Assembly: GCA_900234795.1 (NCBI GenBank)
Contig: LT962688.1
Span: 1,260,001 to 1,292,000 of the forward strand
Length of the DNA stretch: 32,000 nucleotides
Reading direction: 5' to 3'
From: Methylorubrum extorquens
GTDB lineage: Bacteria; Pseudomonadota; Alphaproteobacteria; Rhizobiales; Beijerinckiaceae
Shown: in pieces, positions 1 through 8,710 of the stretch
Position numbering within the stretch: the stretch's first letter is position 1
Layout: every line of letters starts with the position of its first letter
Notes under the pieces: model-generated
The model's input: only the letters and a program-made list of their open reading frames with translations
The model's database searches: none
What the model was told of the DNA's origin: nothing
Program-made: the position numbers and the translations under genes

Positions 1-367
1 CGAGCAGGTCGCGGAATTTCACCGAGCGATTGCACTCGACGCAGGGGATCGGCGTCTCGCCCGAGAGGTAGCTGTCGGCGAAGCGGTCGATCACCGATTC
101 CCGGAAGCGGTCCTCGTAGTCGAGGACGTAGTGCGGAATACCGAGCGTCTCGGCCACCGCCCGCGCATCATGGATGTCGCGGCCGGCGCAGCAGGCGCCC
201 TTGCGATGGGTCGCCGCGCCGTGATCGTAGAGTTGGAGCGTGACGCCGACGACGTCGTAGCCCTCGCGCTTCAGCAGGCCGGCCACGACCGACGAATCGA
301 CGCCGCCCGACATGGCAACGACGACGCGCGTCTCGTGCGGGGGCTTCGGGAGATCCAGCGAGTTCAT
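1..367 (-). CDS. mnmA: tRNA 2-thiouridine(34) synthase MnmA, N-terminal ~122 codons (gene continues past the window start)
   Basis: Own translation of the minus strand from ATG at 367-365: [49 protein letters not shown]...[20 protein letters not shown]. It has the PP-loop SGGVDSS and the CxxC..KF motif typical of MnmA/TrmU. Absent from the ORF track because it runs off the window edge. Confidence 0.85.
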   Translation of the reverse strand, partial: MNSLDLPKPPHETRVVVAMSGGVDSSVVAGLLKREGYDVVGVTLQLYDHGAATHRKGACCAGRDIHDARAVAETLGIPHYVLDYEDRFRESVIDRFADSYLSGETPIPCVECNRSVKFRDLL

Positions 368-529
368 GGCCGGTGATGGGGCCGGGTGCCGGCCGTTGGC
401 GGAGCCTTCGGGCGCGCGCCGGACCGTGGGGTCCGGGCGCATGTCCGGTGTCTATAGCGATCCCGGCCCCGACTTTCCAGGGATGGGGACGACGAGAGCC
501 GGTTCAAAGCCCGGATCGTGGTCTTGAGC

Positions 530-568
530 GGCCGGCAAATCCTGCCGAGAGGCCGGCAGATCCCGCCG
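530..568. promoter_or_regulatory. Two tandem ftr-like dyads, candidate FlbD enhancer sites upstream of fliK
   Basis: GGCCGGCAAATCCTGCCG (530-547) and GGCCGGCAGATCCCGCCG (551-568) are separated by AGA. The first contains CGGCA-N5-TGCCG. The same GGCAA-N4-TGCCG core recurs at 3385-3403 in front of fliF. The sites lie about 75-110 nt upstream of the sigma54-type element at 642-656. Confidence 0.4.
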
Positions 569-613
569 GGCCGGCGCGAGGCGGCCTTCACCGCCAAAAT
601 GTTTCTTGTTTTC

Positions 614-626
614 TATCAGCAATTTG
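614..626 (+). promoter_or_regulatory. IHF-like site between the ftr-like dyads and the sigma54 promoter
   Basis: TATCAGCAATTTG against the IHF consensus WATCAA-N4-TTR (one mismatch). It sits in the only AT-rich patch of this intergenic region. Confidence 0.3.
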
Positions 627-641
627 CCCGTCATCGGCAGA

Positions 642-656
642 TGGTGCGCGGTTTGC
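642..656 (+). promoter_or_regulatory. Sigma54 (RpoN) -24/-12 promoter for fliK-flgD
   Basis: TGGTGCGCGGTTTGC matches TGGCAC-N5-TTGC, with invariant GG (643-644) and GC (655-656) at exact GG-N10-GC spacing. A strong SD (GAAGGAGAGGGA, 682-693) and an in-frame GTG at 701 follow. Confidence 0.6.
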
Positions 657-700
657 TCTGGTCTCCTGCGGCTTCGGCGGCGAAGGAGAGGGACGGCATC

Positions 701-2086
701 GTGGTTTCGCGCGCAGATCTGGCGGAGGCGTTTTTCAGGCAGACCCTGCGGCCCGCCTCGTCCGCGGCGCGGGGGGCCGAGGGCACGGCGCGGTTCAGCC
801 TGGAAGCCGCGCAGCAGCGGCCGGCGGCACCGGCCCGGCCCGCATCCCGCCGCGACGACACCGCCTCCGCCCGCAGCGATGCCATCAGGGCGGATAGGAT
901 GGACGCGGCGAGAACAGAGAACGCCAAGATCGGGGCTGCCAGAACGGGGACGGCCAAAAGCGACAGGGCGAAAAGTGACAAGGCCGAGAGCGGGCCGTCC
1001 GGGGCTTTGCAGGAAAGCCGCGCCCAGGCTGCCTCGGCCCGCAGCAAGCCGCTCGCGGCAAGGACGGGACGCGACGGCGCGGAGGCCGCCTCCGCACGAG
1101 GTCCGGGCGCCGCCGCGAAGTCCGCCGCGCAGCGGCCGGAACGCCCGGCCGCCGACGGCGCGGAACCGGCGCAGGAAGCCGCTGCGGAAGAGGTCGCCGC
1201 CAAAGAAGCCGGTGCCGCGGTGGTATCCGAGGACGAGACAGGAGAGCGGGACGAGACCGATCCCGCATCGCCGGAGGCCGCCGCTCCCGCCGCCCTCTTC
1301 GCCCCGCCCCCCGCTCCGGCGCCAGCGCCGACGAATGCGGCGGGTGTGTCCGCGGGCGAGGGCGGGCTCGACGCGAATCAGTCCGTGACGGGCCTGCCCG
1401 GGGAGGCGACGGCAACCGGTCACGCCGCGAAGGCCGGCACGGGGGATGCCCCCGTCTCCGCCGCCGCGGGCACGGCCGGCTTCGAGGCGGCCCTCACCGA
1501 AGCAGGGGCGCCGACCGCCTCCCCCGTTCCGGCTCCCGCCGGTCCCGCAACCGCGCTCACCCCGCCCGGCGGCGTCGGCGCCGCGCAGGGCCCACAGGCA
1601 GCCCAGGCCGCGGACGCCGCGGCGGCGGCACCCCAGCCGGCGACGCCGCCGATCCCGCTGGGCGCCGTGCCGATGACGATCGGGCTGCGCTCGCTCTCAG
1701 GCATGAACCGCTTCGCGATCCGCCTCGACCCGGTCGAGCTCGGCCGCATCGACGTGTCGCTCGATCTCGACAAGGCGGGCGGCAAGGCGCGGGCGCATCT
1801 CGTGGTGGACCGTCCCGAGACCCTGGCCCTGCTCCAGCGCGATGCGGGCTCCCTGCAGCAGGCCCTGGCGCAGGCGGGCTTCGACGTCGGCGCCGAGGCC
1901 GGCGGGGGCGGGATCGATCTGTCCCTGCGCGGCGAGACCGGATCCCAGAGCGGCCGGGACGGCGAATCCGCGTCCCATGACCGCTCCGACGGCGGGCCGG
2001 GCGGACGGGACGCCCGCCCCTCCCCGCTCGACGCCATTCCCCTGCGGCAGCTCCGTGCCGTCGGCAATCTCGACATCCGGATTTAG
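701..2086 (+). CDS. fliK: Flagellar hook-length control protein FliK
   Basis: ORF 518-2086. The C-terminal part (IPLGAVPMTIGLRSLSGMNRFAIRLDPVELGRIDVSLDLDKAGGKARAHLVVDRPETLALLQRDAGSLQQALAQAGF) is a typical FliK C-terminal domain, and the N-terminal two thirds are Ala/Pro-rich low complexity. It lies directly upstream of flgD. Start placed at GTG 701 because the sigma54 promoter at 642-656 lies inside the longer ORF. The start is uncertain. Confidence 0.8.
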   Translation: MVSRADLAEAFFRQTLRPASSAARGAEGTARFSLEAAQQRPAAPARPASRRDDTASARSDAIRADRMDAARTENAKIGAARTGTAKSDRAKSDKAESGPSGALQESRAQAASARSKPLAARTGRDGAEAASARGPGAAAKSAAQRPERPAADGAEPAQEAAAEEVAAKEAGAAVVSEDETGERDETDPASPEAAAPAALFAPPPAPAPAPTNAAGVSAGEGGLDANQSVTGLPGEATATGHAAKAGTGDAPVSAAAGTAGFEAALTEAGAPTASPVPAPAGPATALTPPGGVGAAQGPQAAQAADAAAAAPQPATPPIPLGAVPMTIGLRSLSGMNRFAIRLDPVELGRIDVSLDLDKAGGKARAHLVVDRPETLALLQRDAGSLQQALAQAGFDVGAEAGGGGIDLSLRGETGSQSGRDGESASHDRSDGGPGGRDARPSPLDAIPLRQLRAVGNLDIRI

Positions 2087-2095
2087 GACGACGCC

Positions 2096-2776
2096 ATGGC
2101 CGCCGGCATCACGAGCAATACGAGCAGCACCAGCATCACCGGCGCGAGTGCCGCCTCGACCACCGACACGAAGTCGATCGCGGGCAACTTCACGCAGTTC
2201 CTGACGCTGCTCACCACGCAGCTCAAGAACCAGAATCCGCTCGATCCGCTCGACACCAACCAGTTCACCCAGCAGCTCGTGCAATTCGCGGGCGTCGAGC
2301 AGCAGCTCAAGACCAATTCCTCGCTCGACACGATCCTGACCAACTCCAAGGCGGCATCGGCCTCGTCCGCCTCCGGCCTGATCGGCCGGACGATCACCGC
2401 GGACGGCGCCACCACCGATCTGACGAACGGCAAGGCGACCTGGACGCTGACCCCGGACCGGGCCGCCGCCAGGGCCGTCATCACCCTCAAGGCCAGCGAC
2501 GGCACCGTGGTGGCCACCAAGACCACGACGCTCAAGGCCGGCGCGCAACCCTTCGAATGGGACGGCACCGGGACCTCGGGCCTCTCGGCCAAGGACGGGC
2601 GCTACACGATCACCGTGGATGCCCTCGACACGACGGGGACGAAGGTGGCCGTCGACACCAAGGTTTCGGGCGTCGTGGACGGCGTCGACCTCAGCGGCTC
2701 CGAACCCGTGCTGACGATCGGCACGGCCCGGGTGCCGGCCTCGAGCGTGAAAACCCTTTCTGCGCCAGCCTCTTGA
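2096..2776 (+). CDS. flgD: Flagellar hook assembly (capping) protein FlgD
   Basis: The N-terminal motif FTQFLTLLTTQLKNQNPLDPLDTNQFTQQLVQFAGVEQQL is the FlgD signature. The C-terminal beta-rich region contains GRYTITVDALD. AGGA lies 7 nt before the ATG, which is 9 nt after the fliK stop. Confidence 0.9.
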   Translation: MAAGITSNTSSTSITGASAASTTDTKSIAGNFTQFLTLLTTQLKNQNPLDPLDTNQFTQQLVQFAGVEQQLKTNSSLDTILTNSKAASASSASGLIGRTITADGATTDLTNGKATWTLTPDRAAARAVITLKASDGTVVATKTTTLKAGAQPFEWDGTGTSGLSAKDGRYTITVDALDTTGTKVAVDTKVSGVVDGVDLSGSEPVLTIGTARVPASSVKTLSAPAS

Positions 2777-2917
2777 TGCGCTGCAGCATCGATGGATCCG
2801 GAATTGTCCACATCTGCGCACAACAATCGAATCGCATTCGAGCGGCCGACTTCAAGAACTTTTAAGCGGGTGCAAGTAGCTTCTCTCTCGACAGGTCAGT
2901 CGAGTGTAGAGCGTATC

Positions 2918-3193
2918 ATGACCGAAACACCCCGGCCCCGCGTGAAGTATGTGATTGGGCCCGACGGCAGCCCCCTGACGATCGCCGATCTTCCCCCCAT
3001 CACCACCCGTCGCTGGGTCATCCGCCGAAAGGCCGAGGTCGTGGCCGCGGTGCGCGGCGGCCTGCTCAGCCTGGAGGAGGCCTGCCAACGCTACACCCTG
3101 ACCACGGAAGAATTTTTGAGCTGGCAGTACTCCATCGACCAGCACGGACTCGCCGGCCTGCGCACCACGCGCATCCAGCACTACCGTCACTGA
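2918..3193 (+). CDS. sciP: DUF1153 / SciP-like small transcriptional regulator
   Basis: The internal ATG at 2918 of ORF 2792-3193 gives 91 aa: MTETPRPRVKYVIGPDGSPLTIADLPPITTRRWVIRRKAEVVAAVRGGLLSLEEACQRYTLTTEEFLSWQYSIDQHGLAGLRTTRIQHYRH. This matches my recollection of the conserved DUF1153 family, of which Caulobacter SciP is a member. Its position between hook genes and the fliF operon resembles Caulobacter. Confidence 0.7.
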   Translation: MTETPRPRVKYVIGPDGSPLTIADLPPITTRRWVIRRKAEVVAAVRGGLLSLEEACQRYTLTTEEFLSWQYSIDQHGLAGLRTTRIQHYRH

Positions 3194-3215
3194 AATCAGC
3201 CAGTTCGACCCGTAC

Positions 3216-3240
3216 GTTGCGCATGACCTGTTCGCGCAAC
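3216..3240 (+). terminator. Possible stem-loop downstream of the sciP-like gene
   Basis: GTTGCGC (3216-3222) pairs with GCGCAAC (3234-3240), with an 11-nt loop, 23 nt after the stop. No U-tract. Confidence 0.25.
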
Positions 3241-3362
3241 GCATGAGGAGCCGCCTCCGGAGCACCGGGGCGGCTCTCGTCGTTTTCGGGCCCCGCGCAG
3301 CGTTCGCTCCCCTCGCCTCGGCGCCCTCCGCGGCGGCGTTGGTGAAGGACACTGCTCCGGCG

Positions 3363-3377
3363 TTAACGCCTCGCTAA
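3363..3377 (+). promoter_or_regulatory. CtrA-box-like element in the fliF promoter region
   Basis: TTAACGCCTCGCTAA is TTAA-N7-CTAA, one mismatch from the CtrA consensus TTAA-N7-TTAA. The second half reads CTAACC. It lies about 77-91 nt upstream of the fliF GTG. Confidence 0.4.
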
Positions 3378-3384
3378 CCACGCA

Positions 3385-3403
3385 CCGGGCAATTCTTGCC
3401 GGG
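3385..3403. promoter_or_regulatory. ftr-like dyad (candidate FlbD operator) overlapping the presumed fliF core promoter
   Basis: CCGGGCAATTCTTGCCGGG is a near-perfect 19-nt dyad (7 of 9 arm positions pair). It shares the GGCAA-N4-TGCCG core with site 530-547. It lies 8 nt after the CtrA-like box and 50 nt before the fliF start. Confidence 0.45.
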
Positions 3404-3453
3404 CGACCGCGCATCCCTCGCGGCCGCACCGCTGTGCGCAGGCGTGCCCGTCC

Positions 3454-5076
3454 GTGAAACCCATCCTCGATCTGGTGACGAAGCTCGGGCCCGCGCGCAT
3501 CGCCGCGATGGCGGCCGTGACGCTGACGCTGGTCGGCTTCTTCGCCTTCGTGATCCTGCGGGTCTCGCGGCCCGATATGGGCGTGCTGTTCTCCGACCTT
3601 TCGCTGCAGGATTCCTCGTCCGTGATCCGCGAACTCGACGCGCGCGGCATCACCTACGAGACCAAGGGTGAGATGGGCCAGACCGTGCTCGCTCCCCGCG
3701 CCGACCTCGCCAAGCTGCGCATGGACTTCGCCGGCAAGGGCCTGCCGTCCCAAGGCGGCATCGGCTACGAAATCTTCGACAAGGGCGACGCCTTCTCCTC
3801 CACGAGCTTCGTCCAGAACGTGAACCACCTGCGGGCGATGGAGGGCGAACTCGCCCGCTCGATTCGCGCCATCGGCCGGGTCCAGGCGGCGCGCGTCCAC
3901 CTCGTCATCCCCGAGCGCCGCCTGTTCGAGCGCGACCGCGAGGCGCCCTCGGCCGCCATCGTCGTCAAGCTGATGGGCGACCTCGATGCGAGCCAGGTGC
4001 GCGCGATCCGGCATCTCGCCGCCTCCGCGGTCGAGGGCCTGAAGCCGGAGCGGGTCTCGATCGTCGACGAGCGCGGCCGGCTGCTCGCCGACGGCGCCCG
4101 CGGCGCGGAAGCCGACGGGGCGGGCGCCCTGGAGGAGCGGCAGGCCGGTATCGAACGGCGGATGCGCTCGCAGATCGAGGAGATCGTGGCCGGCATCGTC
4201 GGCCAGGGCCGCGCGCGGGTGCAGGTCACCGCCGAACTCGACCTCAACCGGGTCGAGAGCCGCTCGGAGAGCTTCGACCCCGAGAGCCGCGTCGTCCGCT
4301 CGACCCAGACGCGCTCCGAGAACTCGCTCACCGGCGGGGCGGAGGGGCAGGTCACCGTCGGCAACGAATTGCCGGGCGCCAACCAGAACCAGCCCGCGCC
4401 GCAGCAGAAGGATTCCTCGCAGAAGAACGAGGAGACGACGAACTACGAGATCTCCCGCGTCACCAAGGTCGAGACCCTGGAGGGCGGCCGCCTCAAGCGG
4501 CTGTCGGTGGCGGTGCTGGTCGATGGCGTCTACGCCCCCGGCGCCGACGGCAAGCCCGCCTACCAGCCGCGCTCCGACGCCGAGATCGCGCGGATCACGG
4601 CGCTGGTGCGCACCGCGGTCGGCTACGACAAGGTGCGCGGCGATCAGGTCGAGGTGGTCAACCTGCGCTTTGCCGAGACCCCCACCACCGCGGAATTTTC
4701 CGAGCCCGGCCTGATCCAGTCCTTCCTGAGCCCGACCAAGGAGGAGGTGATGCGCCTCGTCGAGCTCACGGTGCTGAGCCTGCTCACCCTGGTCGTGCTG
4801 ATGGCGGTGGTGCGTCCGCTCCTGCGCCGCGTGCTCGAATCCGATGCGCCGATGGCGCTCGCCGGACCGGCCGGAGCGCTCGCGCTGGCCGGGGCGGGGG
4901 GCGGCGAGGCGCCGGTCGAGATCGCGGTGCGCGAGAACAGCACCAACAAGTTCCTCGAGTCGGCCAAGATCAACGGCCAGATCCAGGCCGAAACGGTCGA
5001 GCGCGTGGTCGACATGGTGCGGGCGAGCCCGACCGAGACGGTCGAGGTGCTGCGCAACTGGATCCACGATTCCTGA
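3454..5076 (+). CDS. fliF: Flagellar M-ring protein FliF
   Basis: 540 aa with a GTG start. The N-terminal TM segment is followed by MGVLFSDLSLQDSSSVIRELDARGITYETKGEMGQTVLAPRADLAKLRMDFAGKGLP and GYEIFDK, all FliF/YscJ hallmarks. A second TM lies near the C-terminus. Confidence 0.95.
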   Translation: MKPILDLVTKLGPARIAAMAAVTLTLVGFFAFVILRVSRPDMGVLFSDLSLQDSSSVIRELDARGITYETKGEMGQTVLAPRADLAKLRMDFAGKGLPSQGGIGYEIFDKGDAFSSTSFVQNVNHLRAMEGELARSIRAIGRVQAARVHLVIPERRLFERDREAPSAAIVVKLMGDLDASQVRAIRHLAASAVEGLKPERVSIVDERGRLLADGARGAEADGAGALEERQAGIERRMRSQIEEIVAGIVGQGRARVQVTAELDLNRVESRSESFDPESRVVRSTQTRSENSLTGGAEGQVTVGNELPGANQNQPAPQQKDSSQKNEETTNYEISRVTKVETLEGGRLKRLSVAVLVDGVYAPGADGKPAYQPRSDAEIARITALVRTAVGYDKVRGDQVEVVNLRFAETPTTAEFSEPGLIQSFLSPTKEEVMRLVELTVLSLLTLVVLMAVVRPLLRRVLESDAPMALAGPAGALALAGAGGGEAPVEIAVRENSTNKFLESAKINGQIQAETVERVVDMVRASPTETVEVLRNWIHDS

Positions 5077-5119
5077 TGGACGCTGACACCAGGCAGAACC
5101 GGAAGAGAGGAGGGAATTC

Positions 5120-6175
5120 GTGTCCGCGGGCGTAAACTTCAACGCTGCCATGGAGAGCCTCGATGCGTCGAAGGCGTTCGCCGAGATGCCGGGCCCGCAG
5201 CGCGCCGCCGCCCTCCTGCTGCTGCTCGGCGAGGAGGAGGGTGCGCCGATCTGGCAGCGCCTCGACGAGGACGAGATCAAGCTCGTCAGCCACGCCATGG
5301 TGCAGCTCGGCTCGCTGGAGGCCGCCACCGTCGAGCGGCTGATCGTCGATTTCGTCTCGCGGCTATCCTCGGGCGGCGGCATCACCTCGAACTTCGAGCG
5401 CACCGAGTCGCTGCTGCTCAAGATCTTCCCGCCCGAGCAGGTCTCGTCGATCATGGCGGAGATCAAGGGCGCCTCCGGAAAGCGCGTCTGGGCGAGCCTG
5501 ACCCAGATCGACCCCGAGATCCTCGCGAACTTCCTGCGCAACGAGTACCCGCAGACGGTCGCCGTCGTGCTGTCGAAGGTGCGGGCCGACTACGCCGCCA
5601 AGGTGCTCACCATCCTGCCGGAAGAGTTCGCCATCGACGTGCTCAACCGGATGCTGCGCATGGAGACCGTCCAGAAGGAGGCCCTGCGCCACATCGAGGA
5701 GACGCTGCGCACCGAGTTCGTCTCGACCATCGCCCAGACCACGCGGCGCGACGCGCACGAACTCATGGCCGAGGTCTTCAACGCCTTCGACCGGCAGACC
5801 GAGACCCGCTTCCTCGCGGCGATCGACCAGGCCAACCGCGGCTCGGCCAAGAAGATCCGCCAGCTCATGTTCACCTTCGAGGATCTCCTGAAGCTCGATC
5901 CGGGCTCGGTCCAGACCCTGATGCGCAAGGTCGACAACGACACCCTGTGCCGCGCGCTCAAGGGCGCCGACGAGCGGGTGCGCGCCTTCTTCATGCGCCA
6001 GATGTCGACCCGCGCGGCCAAGAACCTCACCGACGAGATGGGCTCGATGGGCCCGATCCGCCTCAAGGAGGTCGATGAGGCGCAGGCCAAGATGACGGAA
6101 CTGGCCAAGGAGCTGGCCGAGAAGGGCGAGATCATGATCGCCAAGAACGGCGGCGAGGAGGAGTTGGTCTATTGA
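5120..6175 (+). CDS. fliG: Flagellar motor switch protein FliG
   Basis: 351 aa with a GTG start preceded by GAGGAGGG. Contains QRAAALLLLLGEEEGAPIWQRLDEDEIKLVSHAM and the C-terminal MFTFEDLLKLD...RAAKNLTDEM region typical of FliG. Confidence 0.95.
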   Translation: MSAGVNFNAAMESLDASKAFAEMPGPQRAAALLLLLGEEEGAPIWQRLDEDEIKLVSHAMVQLGSLEAATVERLIVDFVSRLSSGGGITSNFERTESLLLKIFPPEQVSSIMAEIKGASGKRVWASLTQIDPEILANFLRNEYPQTVAVVLSKVRADYAAKVLTILPEEFAIDVLNRMLRMETVQKEALRHIEETLRTEFVSTIAQTTRRDAHELMAEVFNAFDRQTETRFLAAIDQANRGSAKKIRQLMFTFEDLLKLDPGSVQTLMRKVDNDTLCRALKGADERVRAFFMRQMSTRAAKNLTDEMGSMGPIRLKEVDEAQAKMTELAKELAEKGEIMIAKNGGEEELVY

Positions 6176-6798
6176 GCACGCGCGCCTCCCGCCCCTTCCT
6201 GTTCGACACCGATTTCGGCCGCCCGCGCGGGCCCTCCGCCGCCGACGCGGAGGCCTCGGCCCGCGCGGAGGCCGAACGGGCCGCCATCGAGGCGGCCGCC
6301 TATGCCCGCGGCCTGCAGGACGGCCGGGCCGAGGCCGCGCTCCAGGAACAGGCCCGGCTCGCCGACGCGCTGACCCGGGTCGGACTCGCCGCAGCCGGCC
6401 TCCTCAACCAGTCCGATGCCCGCGACGGCGAGCGCGAGGCGCAGGCGCTGGCCTTCGCGGCCGCACTCGCCCGCCGGATCGCGGGCGAGGCCCTCGATGC
6501 GCGGCCGCTGGCGACGGTGGAGGAGGCGGCCCGCTCGGCGCTGCGGCACCTGCGCGGCGTGCCCCACCTCGTGCTGCGGGTGAACGAAGGGCTCGTCGAT
6601 GACGCGGAGACGCTGATGCGGCGCCTGTCGCGCGAGAACGGCTTCGAGGGCCGCCTCGTGGTGCTGGGCGAACCCGACATGGCGCCGGGCGATGCCCGGC
6701 TCGAATGGGCCGACGGCGGCGTCGTGCGCGAGCGCGCCCGCATCGAGGCCGCGGTCGACGCCGCCCTTTCCCCCAATTTCGCCAGCGCAGAGGCCTGA
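6172..6798 (+). CDS. fliH: Flagellar assembly protein FliH (FlbE position of the Caulobacter fliF operon)
   Basis: 208 aa. The TTG start overlaps the fliG stop (ATTGA). It has an Ala/Glu-rich coiled N-terminal part and sits between fliG and fliN. Assignment rests mainly on context and composition, and sequence similarity is weak by eye. Confidence 0.65.
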   Translation: MSTRASRPFLFDTDFGRPRGPSAADAEASARAEAERAAIEAAAYARGLQDGRAEAALQEQARLADALTRVGLAAAGLLNQSDARDGEREAQALAFAAALARRIAGEALDARPLATVEEAARSALRHLRGVPHLVLRVNEGLVDDAETLMRRLSRENGFEGRLVVLGEPDMAPGDARLEWADGGVVRERARIEAAVDAALSPNFASAEA

Positions 6799-6803
6799 GC
6801 CCG

Positions 6804-7151
6804 ATGTCGAGCGACGATTTCAGCCTGCCCCAGCTCAACGAGGGCGACCTGCCCTACGACGAGGGCGGCCCCGGTTCCGTCCGCGACGCGCCGACGAGCC
6901 CGAAGAATGCGGCGGACCTCGAACAGGTCTTCGACGTGCCGGTGGTGGTCTCAGCGGTGCTGGGCTCCTCGCGCATGCCGATCGGCGACCTCCTGCGGCT
7001 GGGGCCCGGCGCCGTGCTCGAACTCGACCGCAAGGTCGGCGAGGCCATCGACATCTTCGTCAACAACCGCCTCGTCGCCCGCGGCGAGGTCGTGCTGGTC
7101 GAGGAGCGCCTCGGCGTCACCATGACCGAGATCATCAAGAACGATCACTGA
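6804..7151 (+). CDS. fliN: Flagellar motor switch protein FliN
   Basis: The internal ATG at 6804 of ORF 6705-7151 gives 115 aa. The C-terminal SpoA domain VPVVVSAVLGSSRMPIGDLLRLGPGAVLELDRKVGEAIDIFVNNRLVARGEVVLVEERLGVTMTEII is canonical FliN. Confidence 0.92.
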   Translation: MSSDDFSLPQLNEGDLPYDEGGPGSVRDAPTSPKNAADLEQVFDVPVVVSAVLGSSRMPIGDLLRLGPGAVLELDRKVGEAIDIFVNNRLVARGEVVLVEERLGVTMTEIIKNDH

Positions 7152-7160
7152 CCCTTTGGT

Positions 7161-7194
7161 GTGTCGATCCCGGCCTGCGGGCCGGGATCGACAC
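7161..7194. repeat. Perfect 15-bp inverted repeat (hairpin) between fliN and flbD
   Basis: GTGTCGATCCCGGCC (7161-7175), loop TGCG, GGCCGGGATCGACAC (7180-7194). It starts 10 nt after the fliN stop and has no U-tract. Confidence 0.7.
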
Positions 7195-7304
7195 GTCCGG
7201 CGGACGGCCGCCGCCCCGCCTTCGCGGGGGCCGGCCTGCGATGAGAGATCATCGCGGGCCGGGACGGCCATCCGAACCGGATGAATTTTCGGAGACACCA
7301 CGCC

Positions 7305-8678
<1,374 letters not shown>

Positions 8679-8710
8679 GCTCGGCGGCGTCGAGAGACGC
8701 CGAGCCGATT

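Noticed and set aside
900-1000. Repetitive lower-GC patch in fliK encoding AARTENAKIGAARTGTAKSDRAKSDKAES
   Set aside because: I considered a tandem repeat or an insertion. However, the units are short and degenerate, and low-complexity repeats are normal for the disordered N-terminal part of FliK.
2860-2880. TTAAGCGGGTGCAAG upstream of the sciP-like gene, as a possible CtrA box
   Set aside because: Only one TTAA half-site is present, and the second half (CAAG) does not match.
3731-3747. CCGGCAAGGGCCTGCCG, an ftr-like sequence inside fliF
   Set aside because: Its spacer is one nt longer than at the three intergenic sites (GGCAA-N5-TGCCG versus N4). It lies within coding sequence (FAGKGLPS), so it is probably coincidental.
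3196-5541. 781-aa ORF on the minus strand
   Set aside because: It is entirely antisense to fliF/fliG, which have unmistakable family motifs. Its translation is Arg/Ala/Gly-rich with no recognisable domain. This is a typical shadow ORF of a high-GC gene.
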